Part shown: positions 31,001 through 40,619 of the stretch, in pieces
Layout: every line of letters starts with the position of its first letter
How positions within the stretch are numbered: the stretch's first letter is position 1
Origin: Chitinophagales bacterium
Lineage (GTDB): Bacteria; Bacteroidota; Bacteroidia; Chitinophagales; JADIYW01
Direction of reading: 5' to 3'
DNA: 64,000 nt
Assembly (NCBI GenBank): GCA_965216955.1
Contig: CBDCGV010000016.1
Coordinates: forward strand, 13,592 to 77,591
Translations under genes and position numbers: made by a program
Notes under the pieces: generated by a model
What the model was told of the DNA's origin: nothing
Databases searched by the model: none
The model's input: the letters and a program-made list of their open reading frames with translations, nothing else

Positions 31001-32443
31001 GCCACCAGCACCATAGCCTATCTGATAGCCACTTGTATTTCCTACTGTATTATCGGAGCCTGTAGTGCCTCCACCCCATGGAACACCCGAGATAGCAGAC
31101 CAGTTACCACCATGATTACCCTGACCACCGGTACCTCCTCGACCACCATAAGATCCCCCAGCACCGCCGCCGCCGCCGCCGCCGCCTTCAGCTAAACCGT
31201 TATGCGCACATTGTTCTGCAGATCCACCAAAAACACCTGAACAGTTATTATTACAAATACCTCCCCACGTACCACAACTGGAACTACGTGCTTTGTGTCC
31301 TCCGCTAGTACCGTTTTTTCCGGTATTACCACCACCGCCATAGGTACCATTACCACCAGAACCACCACCACCACCATAACGACCACCACGATGTGTACTT
31401 GGACCGCCACTACAGTTATTACCGTTTATGGATTCATAATAACCTCTACTACCGCCGCCGCCGCCATTACCGCCACGACCATTACCATTTATAGTGCCAC
31501 TCACCGTAATATTATTAGCCGTCACTCTTAGCAAGCATCGGTCTCTAACCGTTACAGTTACCCCAGAATTCACGGTAAAGTTTCCTGAGACGGTAAAAGT
31601 ACCTCCTAAGGTCATATTTTGAGTAATGGTTAAATTACCACTGTGTGTTCCTCTATTTACATATACTACATTACTGTATAGGCCACCATCTCGACCACAG
31701 TTTTTAGCATACGCGCGATAAAAAGTTCCGACAGAAGGATTCACATCGTAAGTAGCGGAGCCGCCATTACTAGGCGCCTGTCTACTATTGGCAATAGTAG
31801 ACCAAGAACTTCCATTAGTAGATTGTTGCCACTCTACCCAGCCTCTTCTTGAGCTTAAGGTCAATCTAACGGTTCCGGAATTACTACATCCCTGATTGGT
31901 GGACAACGAACCAATTTGAGTTGTATAACACTCTAGTATTGTTCTTTGTGATTGCCCTCCTGTAAATTCCCAGTGATCTACTCTAAAAGTATAAGTACCA
32001 TTCATTGTATAAGCACCCGTCCATCCATCTGCGTTGCTACATAAACCATTATACTGCCAGCTAGCACCATCATTTATGCTAAATCTATGTCTATCGTCTG
32101 ATGATGAGTAAAAGCGATATACCCCAGCACGCCCATTTGCCAAAGTCAATGCCTTTGTCATTCTAAACCTTGTAAGGAAATGCTCAGAAGTACCTCCACA
32201 ATTTGGGATACTCCAATTCATCTCATGACGATAACCATTATTTTGAGCATTTGGCACATCACCTTGACATTGAGTTCCACCTGCAGGGCCGCCACAACCC
32301 CAAGGCGTAAAAGTATTATACACGGTATTATTATTACTCCATATATAATAACGCCAATAATCGTTTCCTGGCGTTTGCGCTAGTAAGTCGGATGAAATAA
32401 TGGAGGAGGCTAATACAATTAGTAGTGTGTAAATTTTCTTCAT
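25091..32443 (-). CDS. Giant T9SS-secreted surface adhesin-like protein (Gly-rich region, Ig-like repeats, C-terminal sorting domain)
   Basis: 2450 aa with a signal peptide. Features include a poly-Gly/Cys-containing low-complexity region, three repeats of about 107 aa and eight repeats of 86 aa. The type-A T9SS CTD-like end is [14 protein letters not shown]...[22 protein letters not shown]. Confidence 0.8.
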   Translation of the reverse strand: MKKIYTLLIVLASSIISSDLLAQTPGNDYWRYYIWSNNNTVYNTFTPWGCGGPAGGTQCQGDVPNAQNNGYRHEMNWSIPNCGGTSEHFLTRFRMTKALTLANGRAGVYRFYSSSDDRHRFSINDGASWQYNGLCSNADGWTGAYTMNGTYTFRVDHWEFTGGQSQRTILECYTTQIGSLSTNQGCSNSGTVRLTLSSRRGWVEWQQSTNGSSWSTIANSRQAPSNGGSATYDVNPSVGTFYRAYAKNCGRDGGLYSNVVYVNRGTHSGNLTITQNMTLGGTFTVSGNFTVNSGVTVTVRDRCLLRVTANNITVSGTINGNGRGGNGGGGGSRGYYESINGNNCSGGPSTHRGGRYGGGGGSGGNGTYGGGGNTGKNGTSGGHKARSSSCGTWGGICNNNCSGVFGGSAEQCAHNGLAEGGGGGGGGAGGSYGGRGGTGGQGNHGGNWSAISGVPWGGGTTGSDNTVGNTSGYQIGYGAGGGGAGGGGGGSYWGTNGGGGGDGGGGVWLYATNNLSATGSITMRGNNGGNGGHGGKQYNNCSYSCESPRYNRHSCWAAACQGTYDAAGGAGAGGAGGSGGGILLRGDNLVTVTGTLDVRGGNGGNSGLPRASTYSCTNNVRGGAGGGGGRIKIFRNPCAANTISPTAFWNGGSGGVGDNTGYGGGNGTYSPSINVPGFTALNAGSIGNAQTICSGGNPSALTNTASPSGGLSNSYAYQWYQSTSNPSGQSGTGSSPAGGYSSIGSATGSTYDPGSLTQTTYYQRRVRSATNGSCYAWSNVVTVTVNPDPTFTSNPSGETICQGGSHSMSVSATGGINKTYQWQYYNGSSWVNVSNGTPTGASYSNVTSASNFTVSGITAVGDYQYRCRLVDNGNGSGNGCNNINSNSATVTVNADPSITSNPTSGSICVGGSHVMSISATGGINKTYRWKYWNGSSWVNTSNGTPAGAIYSNVTSTSNFTVAGITAVGAYQYRCQVTDNGNGSGNGCNNVASNSATVTVNAEPSITAHPSGATICVGGSHAMSITAINGVNKTYQWVYWNGGSWVNVSNGTPAGASYSNVASANNFTVSGITATGSYLYRCQVTDNGSDCNDPASNSATVIVNSDPAAPSAGKSPNVASACEGTSLTLVGAALGSGGAGSCAIWYNHNGAGWVNTLMPITAAVGANTIAIKTICDGDGCDESSVVTYSWTGIANNTVGAASSTPTLCINTALTNITHATTGATGIGAASGLPSGVTAAWASNTITISGTPTASGTFNYSIPLTGGCGTFNATGTITVTPDNTVGAASSTPTLCINTALTNITHATTGATGIGAASGLPSGVTAAWASNTITISGTPTASGTFNYSIPLTGGCGSVNATGTITVDPDNTVGAASSTPTLCINTALTNITHSTTGAIGIGAASGLPSGVTAAWASNTITISGTPTASGTFNYSIPLIGGCGSVNATGTITVTPDNTVGAASSTPTLCINTALTNITHSTTGATGIGAASGLPSGVTAAWASNTITISGTPTASGTFNYTVPLIGGCGSVNATGTITVDPDNTVGAASSTPTLCINTALTNITHATTGATGIGAASGLPSGVTAAWASNTITISGTPTASGTFNYSIPLTGGCGSFNATGTITVDPDNTVGAASSTPTLCINTALTNITHATTGATGIGAASGLPSGVTAAWASNTITISGTPTASGTFNYSVPLTGGCGSFNATGTITVTPDNTAGAASSTPTLCINTALTNITHSTTGATGIGAASGLPSGVTAAWASNTITISGTPTASGTFNYTVPLIGGCGSVNATGTITVTEDNTVGAASSTPTLCINTALTNITHSTTGATGIGAASGLPSGVTAAWASNTITISGTPTASGTFNYSIPLTGGCGSFNATGTITVDPASVAATSVNGTTPICNGSSTTLSVVGGSLATGATWEWYTGPGGTGTNVGSGTSISPSPASTTTYYVRAEGACNNTADASLEVVVKEQSTVPTSIDGPTASCFGGEIELTVNGGSLSSDDGGEWEWYSGSCGGTSVGSSGTSRTHTVTLAGSTTTTSYYVRAEDDCGTQTGCASISIDVKTPLDLVYLAQDGDAIDGNGLDFRCDLGTWVFYGMTTDQSKLAFAINWDPDLDGGNTTAKANAVPSVTVFNSWDDVDQQWFGAPYTSATYPMRRHWNVTNESLDDEVTVRFYYSPSERTDVITQAQGFATAQSVAYQGFEWFKSDNYNPLTDVSPAGMIGPNVIALAPINSGKNNNIDFVDFTITSFSGGGGAAGAGDGGGGPLPVELISFTAMATGDVIQLDWETAAELNNDHFVVLKSVNGLDFFPIATIDGNGTTNELSEYQYIDEDVVSGVTYYYQLNQIDFDGANEYSDVVSASLGNAINGFSVGEFVPNPANNTTNIDITSPYSGEVELKIFNVLGKEVKVLNTVIEAGVSRIANIDVSDLAKGNYIVNINTGKDEVAKKLSVID
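26805..28868 (-). repeat. Eight in-frame tandem repeats of 258 bp (86-aa Ig-like module)
   Basis: The module [19 protein letters not shown](A/S)TTGA(T/I)[47 protein letters not shown] occurs eight times. Mirror-strand ORFs start at 27159, 27417, 27675 and 28449, spaced in multiples of 258 bp. Confidence 0.9.
29100..30070 (-). repeat. Three diverged tandem repeats of about 310-321 bp (about 107-aa Cys-containing Ig-like module)
   Basis: The pattern IC.GGSH.MS..A..G.NKTY.W.Y.NG.SWVN.SNGTP.GA.YSNV....NFTV.GITA.G.Y.YRC occurs three times. The landmark ggcacctata recurs at 29521 and 29842, 321 bp apart. Confidence 0.8.
31164..31186 (-). repeat. (CCG)7 trinucleotide microsatellite encoding poly-Gly
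   Basis: ccg occurs seven times at 31164-31184, followed by cc. It lies in frame and encodes [11 protein letters not shown]. Shorter (ccg)n runs lie near 30942 and 31453. Confidence 0.9.
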
Positions 32444-32640
32444 ATAGTATATTTTATAAACTGTAGCACTAAGAACACCTTATTGGTAGTATATTCACTA
32501 ACGAAAATATAAATAATTTTTAAGAAAAACTTCTTTTTTTAAAAAAAACTCTTAGACTTGTTGATAACTTCATTTTTTTGAGGGCTTGTTTTTAGCGACA
32601 TATGCATAGAAAAACTATGAACAAATCTAAATAAGGTATT

Positions 32641-34569
32641 TTGAGTAAATTGAAAGGCCATCAAAAAAAATGGCATGTAGTACATTCGAATAAAATACAG
32701 GCAATCACCATAGTATTTTTTTCCATTTTACTTTACTTACCTACCATTCAATTTGATTTTAATTTAGATGATCATCATATTTTAGACGAGTTGCCCCCCA
32801 AAGAAGCCGGATTTGCCGGATATATTGATATTTTCAATTCTGATTTTGGAGGTGCTGATTACCGGCCAATTGTAGTGGCTACTTTTTATACTGAATTATT
32901 GATTTCAGGAACGATAAACCCCAAAATGTCCCATTTTATTAATGCTTTGCTTTATGCGCTCGCCTGCTTTCTGGCCTTTATATTTCTTAAGGGTTTACCG
33001 CTCCCAAATAAAAAATTTATTGTATTTACAACTATTTTATTCTTTGTCTTTCATCCTATTCATGCCAACGTGGTTAGCAGCTTAAAAAACAGAGACATTT
33101 TGTTGAGTTTTAGTTTCGTAATGTTGTCCCTTATTTGTTTACATCCCATTATAAATGAAGCTTTACATTTTAAAAAATTAAGATTGGTATTTTGGAGTGG
33201 CGTTTGTTTTCTTTTAGGGTTATTATCAAAATTAGATGCTGCGGGCCTTTTAATTTTAGCACCTTTAACTATCTTATTATTTAATATTAAGGATTTTAAA
33301 AAGTGGGGAATTGCCCTATTAATTGGTGCTTTTTACTTTGGTATATTTAAACTAAGAATGGATGTAATAGGCCAATCCATCATCGAATTTGAAGATATTA
33401 ACCCTGTAAGTTTCACAGAAAACCCATTAATCGTTTATGATTCTTTATTAGCTAAAATTAATGCTGCTCTGGCATCCTTGTTCTATTACATAAAATTTTT
33501 AATCTATCCCAAAGGATATTATTTATATTTTGGCTATAATACTATAGATACTGCCGGATTTGGAATTCCTCAAGCAATAGGTGCTGTAATTGCCATTTTA
33601 TCCATAGCCATTTTTATTTACGGTTTAAAAAGAAATAGGGCATTAAGTTTTGGCATTCTGTTTTTTTATGCCACTATATTTTACTGTTTAAACCTATATC
33701 AATTGGTTAATGGTATTGTTGCCCCCAGGTTAGCATTCATAGCATCTTTAGGTTTTTGCATGTGTCTGGCCATAGTAGTGTGGAATGTAAAGTCTAGAAT
33801 TAAGCAACCTTATCTCAGCCTTTTCCCTATTGGATTGCTCCTCCTTGCCTATTCGTTTTTTACTGTAGACCGTACGAAAGATTGGAAAAACCTGGAAACC
33901 CTATTAGAAGCAGACATGCCTCATTTAACAAAATCTTATCAAGCGAACAGGATCGCAGTAGAGACCTATTTAAAATGGGCCATGGAAAGTAAGGATAAGT
34001 ACACGGGACTTAAATTTTCAAAAAAAGCATTCATATGCGCCAAAAATGGAAATGCTGTTTTTAATAAGAATGTTTATATGCAAGAGGCGTTAGGGTTATC
34101 GGCATTTTTGTCGGGCAAATATACATTTGCGAAAGCAACTTTTATCAATGTTATTGAAAAATGGCCAACAACAGAACTCTCTTATGAAAAGCTGGGGGAT
34201 ATATATATGATTGAGAGCAAGTTTGATAGTGCTGCGCTTTATTACAAAAAACAAATTGATGTTATTCCCGACTACTTCAAAGCTTATTTTAATTATAATA
34301 TAGCCATGGTTCAAGCCAACAGGATTGATGAAGCCATTGCTGCGAATATGCAATATATAGAAAGATATCCTGACTATTATTTTCCCTATGAGGGTATAGG
34401 CTTTTTATATTTTAAGAAAAATGAAGTATTTAAAGCTGCCCCTTATATTATTAAAGCATTGCAAAAAGGAAGTCCAAACAAAGCATATCTAAAAGATTTT
34501 GAAGCCATTTATAAAGAAGAAGGCATGCTGGCGGAATGGAAAGCAATCACTAAAAACATTCAATATTAG
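32641..34569 (+). CDS. Polytopic GT-C-like (PMT/TMTC/ArnT-like) membrane glycosyltransferase candidate with a C-terminal TPR domain
   Basis: 642 aa with a TTG start; there is no in-frame ATG near the 5' end. It has about 10 or more hydrophobic helices. An acidic first-loop motif, FDFNLDDHHILDE, resembles the GT-C catalytic DD/DE loop. The C-terminal roughly 200 aa is TPR-like (YEKLGDIYMIESKFDSAALYYKKQI...). Confidence 0.55.
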   Translation: MSKLKGHQKKWHVVHSNKIQAITIVFFSILLYLPTIQFDFNLDDHHILDELPPKEAGFAGYIDIFNSDFGGADYRPIVVATFYTELLISGTINPKMSHFINALLYALACFLAFIFLKGLPLPNKKFIVFTTILFFVFHPIHANVVSSLKNRDILLSFSFVMLSLICLHPIINEALHFKKLRLVFWSGVCFLLGLLSKLDAAGLLILAPLTILLFNIKDFKKWGIALLIGAFYFGIFKLRMDVIGQSIIEFEDINPVSFTENPLIVYDSLLAKINAALASLFYYIKFLIYPKGYYLYFGYNTIDTAGFGIPQAIGAVIAILSIAIFIYGLKRNRALSFGILFFYATIFYCLNLYQLVNGIVAPRLAFIASLGFCMCLAIVVWNVKSRIKQPYLSLFPIGLLLLAYSFFTVDRTKDWKNLETLLEADMPHLTKSYQANRIAVETYLKWAMESKDKYTGLKFSKKAFICAKNGNAVFNKNVYMQEALGLSAFLSGKYTFAKATFINVIEKWPTTELSYEKLGDIYMIESKFDSAALYYKKQIDVIPDYFKAYFNYNIAMVQANRIDEAIAANMQYIERYPDYYFPYEGIGFLYFKKNEVFKAAPYIIKALQKGSPNKAYLKDFEAIYKEEGMLAEWKAITKNIQY

Positions 34570-35800
34570 AAAGACTATACCACATATAATTGTTAGACTG
34601 GCTATTTTGATTTTATTTGCTTTAAAAACAAAATCAGTATTGGCAAACAACCTTAGTACAATCAACTTTGGATATACCATTTTGCTCTTTCTTGCTTTCA
34701 TAATTACTTTGGAAACTATACTGATTTTATTAACCGATTTAAAAAAAGAAAATAGGTATTTATTACTTTTTAGTTTATTCATAAGCTTAATAGCTGTTGA
34801 AGCTTTTCTAAAATTTGGACAAGACAACTACAAAGTCTATTCAGAAATAAATGAGGGGTTTTATAGCTCCAGATACACAAATAACCGCGCCTTGGTTAAT
34901 AATCTAAAGAAAAGAGGCTCCTATAAGGAAGTGCTTTTTCAAGCGCCTAATTCTACTCAAGAGATTATAAAAAAAGAATTTCAATACACTTTTCGTTATA
35001 ACGAATTAGGCCTACCTGACCAATCCATAGATACAAGTTCAAAAGATACAACTACGCAACGTATCATTGCTTTGGGCGACTCTTTTACGGAAGGTATCGG
35101 CGCTCCTCAAGATTCTAGCTGGGTGAATTTATTAGAATTAAAAATGAATAAAAAGTACCCACATATATCTGTCGATATATTGAATGCAGGGAAAGCGGGC
35201 AATGACCCTATTTATAGCTTTGAAATGCTTAAAAACTTATTGCATTTACAGCCTAATTTGGTACTGCTAGCCATTAACGAAACTGAACTAGGAGAAATAC
35301 AAGCAAGAGGAGGTATAAACCGATTTGAAAATGGGCAGTTAAATTTAAAAACCGGCCCTTGGTGGGAAGTTTTGTATGCCTCCAGCTTTATTGTTAGATA
35401 TTATGTACAAGGCATTTTGAATTATGATTATGATTTTAATGCTAAATATAAAATAAAAGCAATTGTTAATGAGACCTATTCCGTGCTCATAGAATCGTTA
35501 AAAAAATATATTGAATTGGCGAAAAAAAACAACTTTGCTTTTATGGTTATTCTTCAACCACATGTATCAGAATTATACAATGGCCGACTTATTCTAGATC
35601 AGGAGCATTTGGCATCGAGCCTTAACCATGAGATTGGCTTTTTAAATCTTATACCCTGCATGGGATATAAAATAAAATCTAAAAACGAACTTCCTTCCGA
35701 TTATTATTGGAAATTAGATGCACATTGCAACAGTAAGGGGTATAATCTAATGGCTGAATGCCTGATGGAAATGCTGGCCCCGCCATCGGAGAAAGACTAA
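34499..35800 (+). CDS. Membrane-anchored SGNH/GDSL-family hydrolase or acyltransferase-like protein
   Basis: 433 aa with N-terminal TM helices. Block I is IIALGDSFTEGIGAP and the C-terminal motif is WKLDAHCNSKGY. The start is uncertain: the ATG at 34499 overlaps the upstream gene by 71 nt, and a TTG at 34607 is an alternative. Confidence 0.6.
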   Translation: MKPFIKKKACWRNGKQSLKTFNIRKTIPHIIVRLAILILFALKTKSVLANNLSTINFGYTILLFLAFIITLETILILLTDLKKENRYLLLFSLFISLIAVEAFLKFGQDNYKVYSEINEGFYSSRYTNNRALVNNLKKRGSYKEVLFQAPNSTQEIIKKEFQYTFRYNELGLPDQSIDTSSKDTTTQRIIALGDSFTEGIGAPQDSSWVNLLELKMNKKYPHISVDILNAGKAGNDPIYSFEMLKNLLHLQPNLVLLAINETELGEIQARGGINRFENGQLNLKTGPWWEVLYASSFIVRYYVQGILNYDYDFNAKYKIKAIVNETYSVLIESLKKYIELAKKNNFAFMVILQPHVSELYNGRLILDQEHLASSLNHEIGFLNLIPCMGYKIKSKNELPSDYYWKLDAHCNSKGYNLMAECLMEMLAPPSEKD

Positions 35801-35804
35801 GCGG

Positions 35805-36236
35805 TTATTCCTTATTGTTTTTTATCAATTTAAATGTGTTTGCATCTTCTATGGCCCCCACTTCTACAAGTCGAATTACGTTATCAGAAACAACATTTAC
35901 TTTAAATTTCATTTCAGTACTATCATCGATAATGATTTTCATCACATCATTATCGTCAAGTGATATAGGTGCTTCTTTTAACTCGCCATCATTAGCGTAT
36001 GTCGCTATTCCCTTATCCATATCAAAATTAACCTGATACGGTTCCTGATCCAGTTCTTTTACCTCTCCATTCTCTTCAAAGCCTATTGTATCTATACTCC
36101 AGCTACCTCTTAGAATATCCTTTACTTCCGTTGGACGTTCATTGCTATTTCCTGAGTTGTCTATTTTATTGTTACATCCGATTATAAATGAAGTAAAAAT
36201 TGCAAGGAAAAATAGTTGTTTAAATGGAAAATTCAT
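35805..36236 (-). CDS. Small lipoprotein of unknown function
   Basis: The track ORF extends to 36341. The Met at 36236 gives the lipoprotein signal MNFPFKQLFFLAIFTSFIIGCNN. I recognise no family. Confidence 0.4.
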   Translation of the reverse strand: MNFPFKQLFFLAIFTSFIIGCNNKIDNSGNSNERPTEVKDILRGSWSIDTIGFEENGEVKELDQEPYQVNFDMDKGIATYANDGELKEAPISLDDNDVMKIIIDDSTEMKFKVNVVSDNVIRLVEVGAIEDANTFKLIKNNKE

Positions 36237-36386
36237 TTTAATAAGCTTTGTTCTAGGATTAAAAGTAAATAAGATATTGTATAAATCAACAATTTTCTTT
36301 GCAATTTTTAAAAAGCGTGCATAACTCATTGCTATTACCAATAGTCACAATATTAGAAATATTGTGGCGACTAAAGTTATATGAAA

Positions 36387-38561
36387 CTATTCTTTTATAA
36401 GCTTTACAACATCCAAAACATTATTGTCGCCAACGATATTCAGTAGATACATCCCAGATTTAATCTTAGCAACATTAGCATTGCTTATAGGAGCATTTAA
36501 TTCTCCACTCAACACTTTTTTACCTTCCAAAGAATGAAGTTCATACAACAAATTCTCAAATTGACTCACCCACTTTAAAGGAATTTCTATTCTGACAAAG
36601 TTCTGGCTGGGTGTAGGAAATAGTTTAGTTTCTCCCGCTAATTGATTATTAAATATTGGAGTAACTGTTGTATCTTTTATTATGGTCAAATCTATCACGG
36701 TAGTATCGCAACTATTATCTTCACACATAACAATACAGAATTGTTCATTTGTAGGCTCAATATTTTCTCCATTAAAATTGACTCCCTTATTATTCTGATC
36801 AAAGACAGCATTAATTGATGAACCAGAACTACATAAAAAGAACGCATTTGGCATAAATCCAATGGGTAGTGCACTACTTTGGCTCAAATTAATTGTAGTA
36901 TCCACATTTCCCGAGGATAATACTTCTACATAAATTGTGTCTTTTGTTATACCTATGCTTTCCCAAATTGTATGCAATTGGTTTTCGGTCAATGAATATT
37001 CGGTTTGCCTATAACCGTTTGGCCAAAAAATAACAATAGAATCTACTTTTGCTGTTCCCAAACCAAAATGCACATAAGGACTATTCGAAGAAGCGTGTGT
37101 TGAACCTCCATCCACTTCTCTAAGCTGAACGGCTCCCTCCGTATCGTATAAATATACATGAGCACCATAAGCGTTGGGGTTTGAAACAGTACCTTTCAAA
37201 ATCAATGAGATAGCATTTTTGGAGTTATCTATTTCATTTATATAAACCGCTACATTTTTATTATATATGGTATCTAACTCCCCTTCTTGAGAAACAGCAA
37301 CAAACACAACATCCAGATCTCCATCGAGATCTAAATCTCCATAAGCGCCCCCCCGATAATTTGAACCGTCATCCATATTCATTTCAAGAGAAACATCCCT
37401 AAAAGAGCCATCTCCTTCATTTAAGAACAAAGTATTTTGATTGTATAGGGGATTAAACAACTCTCTTGCAGAAAGGATATGTCCATTACTTACAAATAAA
37501 TCTAAGTCTTTATCATTATCATAGTCAAAAAATCCAGTTCCCCAACCGGTTTTTAGTCCTGAGCTATCATTAAGGGGTGAACTATCATTTTGTAACGAAT
37601 CTTGCACTCCAGCATGATTCGTCACATCTATAAATGTTCGATCTCCATTGTTTTGTAATAACACGTTACGACCTAGGTTGGTGACATAATAATCTAGATC
37701 AAGATCTCCATCGTAATCCCCAATAGCAACTCCCATAGCAAACATACCAATATCAGCTCCAGAAGATTGACTTATATCTTGAAACGAGTTTTGAGGATAA
37801 TTATTCATATATAATTCATTTGGATAAACATCATGGCCAAAATCATTAATCACATAAAGATCAACATCATTATCATTATCGAAATCTGTGAATGCCCCCA
37901 GAAATGTAGTACCGGAATCTGATAGCTGATAATCTTCCGTTACATTAATAAACGTTCCATCCCCTTGATTTAAATAAAGGTCATTTGCAAACGCTTTATG
38001 TATAAATATTGTATTGCCCAAAGAATCCAACGCAAAATCACTCTGATCAATATAACTCCCAATAAAAACATCTAGGAAACCATCTTTGTTTATGTCTCCC
38101 AACGCAGCACTTATACTAAATTTATTTTCATTACCTCCTAGTTGTTCTATTGGGGCTGCTTTAAATCGACTATTACCATTATTAAGTAACACTAAATTTG
38201 AAAAGTTTCTTGACGTGCATAATATAAGGTCGTTGAATCCATCATTATTTACATCTCCCGCACATACACCATGAAAGTCCCCTCTATAATATGCTAAATC
38301 ATCAACCACCAAATATTCTGTTACTAAATCGAAGCCGTTTCCGTTGTTGATATAAAGTGCATTCGGAGATAATCCTCCAACAACAAAAAGATCTAGCAAC
38401 TTGTCATTATTGACATCAAAAATTGCAACACCACCACCAAGTCTTTCGCCATTAATATACTTGTGATCAACACCCCATTCATCTGCTACATCCGAAAATT
38501 GAGCATATGGTGTTTTGCAAATAAAAAGAAGAATAAATAAGTAAAAGTAAATAATTCTCAT
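36387..38561 (-). CDS. CRTAC1/ASPIC-UnbV family FG-GAP (VCBS) repeat protein with a T9SS C-terminal sorting domain
   Basis: 724 aa with a signal peptide. It has many DxNxDGxxD FG-GAP calcium-type motifs and the UnbV_ASPIC-like REVDGGSTHASSNSPYVHFGLGTAKVDSIVIFWPNGYRQ. The CTD-like end is KLFPTPSQNFVRIEI...GMYLLNIVGDNNVLDVVKLIKE. Confidence 0.8.
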   Translation of the reverse strand: MRIIYFYLFILLFICKTPYAQFSDVADEWGVDHKYINGERLGGGVAIFDVNNDKLLDLFVVGGLSPNALYINNGNGFDLVTEYLVVDDLAYYRGDFHGVCAGDVNNDGFNDLILCTSRNFSNLVLLNNGNSRFKAAPIEQLGGNENKFSISAALGDINKDGFLDVFIGSYIDQSDFALDSLGNTIFIHKAFANDLYLNQGDGTFINVTEDYQLSDSGTTFLGAFTDFDNDNDVDLYVINDFGHDVYPNELYMNNYPQNSFQDISQSSGADIGMFAMGVAIGDYDGDLDLDYYVTNLGRNVLLQNNGDRTFIDVTNHAGVQDSLQNDSSPLNDSSGLKTGWGTGFFDYDNDKDLDLFVSNGHILSARELFNPLYNQNTLFLNEGDGSFRDVSLEMNMDDGSNYRGGAYGDLDLDGDLDVVFVAVSQEGELDTIYNKNVAVYINEIDNSKNAISLILKGTVSNPNAYGAHVYLYDTEGAVQLREVDGGSTHASSNSPYVHFGLGTAKVDSIVIFWPNGYRQTEYSLTENQLHTIWESIGITKDTIYVEVLSSGNVDTTINLSQSSALPIGFMPNAFFLCSSGSSINAVFDQNNKGVNFNGENIEPTNEQFCIVMCEDNSCDTTVIDLTIIKDTTVTPIFNNQLAGETKLFPTPSQNFVRIEIPLKWVSQFENLLYELHSLEGKKVLSGELNAPISNANVAKIKSGMYLLNIVGDNNVLDVVKLIKE

Positions 38562-38695
38562 ACACGACTATTTGGGATTGACAATAAAGAAAACATAGCA
38601 CTAAGCACCTTAACTTCTTCTTAAATTTAATAAATATTTGAAAAAAAATGGATTAGAAATATATAAGTGCCCCAGCGGTGTTGTAGGTAATGCTA

Positions 38696-40399
38696 TTATT
38701 GCTTTACAAACTGTCCGGTTCCAAAAGCCCCATCTAAATTTCTAAATAAAAGAAAGTAATTCCCGGCGACAATGGTTGAGACATCTATTTTGTAATTCTT
38801 ATTCAATTTACCCTTTAAAACTATTTTCCCATTTTCGTCATAAATGCTATAATTGCCCAATTTAGTATCTTCTATTCGAATAAAATCATTTGCTAGTGAT
38901 GGTACAATTCCAATACTATTTATAGTATTCTCTCTTATTGGGGTATTGATATTTCTATTATCGTAAATGCTGTTGGCGTCATTTCCATAGTATTGCCCCC
39001 ATAAGATAGAAGAGGCCGGTATATCTGTGTCAAGGCACTTAATATGAACCTTTGATTGGGAACTATAGGAAAAAATTAATTCCGCAAGATTGTCGTTGTC
39101 TATATCCTTTAGCAAAGGTGTTGAGAAAAAATTCAAACCTTCGGTAGTATCCACAATGTAATTATAAGTATCCCCATCGATATTATACTCTGCAATAGAC
39201 AACCCAAATTTTGAATTATCAATTAAAAAGTTAGAAACATATATTAGGTTAGACTTTGCACTTTGAGTATAGGATAGATTGGAGGCTAATTGAAACATAT
39301 TCCCCTTGTTATTGGTCCATTCACTTATAGTTCCATCTTTACCGTCAATAAAAACACTTCTAAAGCTATCATACCCCATTATCTCATTAAAAAAGCCTTT
39401 TGAAAGTGTTAAATTGACATCTAGAAAAAGGTCATTATTGTAGTTTACCAAAGTAGGTTCAGTGTACATTTCATATCCTTCAAAAGTATGCTGCCATACT
39501 TTTGAAAAGTCTGATCCATCAATTAGGCCAATTCTTCCATCAAAGTTTATAGACAAAATATCGTATTGATTATCAGCATTAAAATCTGAAATAATGCATG
39601 GTTGAATAAAACCCTTTTGATAGGGACCATCTAACCTCTTAGAATTTGATCTCAATTTTCCGTCAACAAAATCTTGAAGAGCACATATCCATAAAGAACC
39701 GGAATCCGTTTCACCACCTGTACCATATATTACATCTAGTTGTTGGTTATTGTCAAAATCCAATAATATAGGGCTAAAGTAAGTTTCTTTGTTGTCAGGA
39801 ACAGAATCTAATTGAAGGATATTCCCATTGGCAGCATTTATAGTCATTAGATAACCAGTTTGTCGGTTGGGGCCATTAGGTGCTATATTGGGGTTACCAC
39901 CATTACTAACTAAAATATCATTAATTTGATCGCCATTTTGGTCGGGAATGCTTTTAGGGTTATAAAAGTTATACGAATTGAGAATTGAAGATGAGCCAAA
40001 GTGATCTCTTGCATTCCAAATTACTATTCCATCATGGCCATTCAAACACATTAAAGCTCCATCTCTGCCAGATAAAATTATGTCATCAACATTATCGTCA
40101 TTTACATCAAGAAATAGTGCGCTACCAAATATGGATTCACTTGATTTAGTATGCCAAAGTATATTGCCATTTGATCCATCAATGCAAATAATTCCTGCTC
40201 GTGCAGTATCATTGTTAGCATCCAATACAGAAAAAACAACATCTTCTGTTCCATCATTATTGAGGTCTGCACTCCTTAGAGAAGCAACAGCACTGTTATA
40301 ATCAACTAAAACCTCCCATGAGAAAAAGAAATTTGTCGCATTACAAAAATTGTAGTTGAACAAAAGGCATATTAACCAAATTAAAGAAGTTTTAGCCAT
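38696..40399 (-). CDS. FG-GAP/PQQ-like beta-propeller protein with a T9SS C-terminal sorting domain
   Basis: 567 aa with a signal peptide. Repeats include DLNNDGTEDVVFS, DVNDDNVDDIILSG and DGxxxW. The CTD-like end is GIVPSLANDFIRIED...AGNYFLLFRNLDG. It is a paralog of 43426-45117. Confidence 0.6.
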   Translation of the reverse strand: MAKTSLIWLICLLFNYNFCNATNFFFSWEVLVDYNSAVASLRSADLNNDGTEDVVFSVLDANNDTARAGIICIDGSNGNILWHTKSSESIFGSALFLDVNDDNVDDIILSGRDGALMCLNGHDGIVIWNARDHFGSSSILNSYNFYNPKSIPDQNGDQINDILVSNGGNPNIAPNGPNRQTGYLMTINAANGNILQLDSVPDNKETYFSPILLDFDNNQQLDVIYGTGGETDSGSLWICALQDFVDGKLRSNSKRLDGPYQKGFIQPCIISDFNADNQYDILSINFDGRIGLIDGSDFSKVWQHTFEGYEMYTEPTLVNYNNDLFLDVNLTLSKGFFNEIMGYDSFRSVFIDGKDGTISEWTNNKGNMFQLASNLSYTQSAKSNLIYVSNFLIDNSKFGLSIAEYNIDGDTYNYIVDTTEGLNFFSTPLLKDIDNDNLAELIFSYSSQSKVHIKCLDTDIPASSILWGQYYGNDANSIYDNRNINTPIRENTINSIGIVPSLANDFIRIEDTKLGNYSIYDENGKIVLKGKLNKNYKIDVSTIVAGNYFLLFRNLDGAFGTGQFVKQ

Positions 40400-40619
40400 T
40401 GACTAATTATACTAAATGAAAATGGATTTTCAAAAATTAAGGTTTGAAAAAGTTGGGGCATATCTATCCGATTTCTTAAAACATCTTTTAACAACTCCTT
40501 TAATCAGCTCTATAGTTTTCTACTTTGTCGAGTTCATTATAAAACTTTTTCGAGTTGCCTTTTGGCAAACCCTCCTACTCCCTTTAACAATAAGTTCCTA
40601 CAAATACTTACAATAGCAT

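Noticed and set aside
31192-31531. Poly-Val (31192-31410, minus) and poly-Thr (31295-31531, plus) ORFs
   Set aside because: These are alternative-frame artefacts of the GGN/CCG-rich Gly-coding region of the adhesin gene. They are low-complexity translations only.
25091-32443. Elevated GC of the adhesin gene considered as evidence of horizontal transfer
   Set aside because: The shift tracks the Gly/Ala/Thr/Pro-rich amino-acid composition and the repeats. There are no flanking tRNA, integrase or direct repeats, and the gene carries a native-looking T9SS CTD and terminator.
34489-34827. 112-aa minus-strand ORF overlapping the junction of the GT-C/TPR and SGNH genes
   Set aside because: It is antisense to two supported plus-strand genes and is a low-complexity hydrophobic/basic translation.
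40416-40616. 66-aa plus-strand ORF between the propeller gene and the GH76 gene
   Set aside because: It is a short, isolated ORF on the opposite strand within a co-directional minus-strand block, with no recognisable features. The region is probably an intergenic promoter/terminator region.
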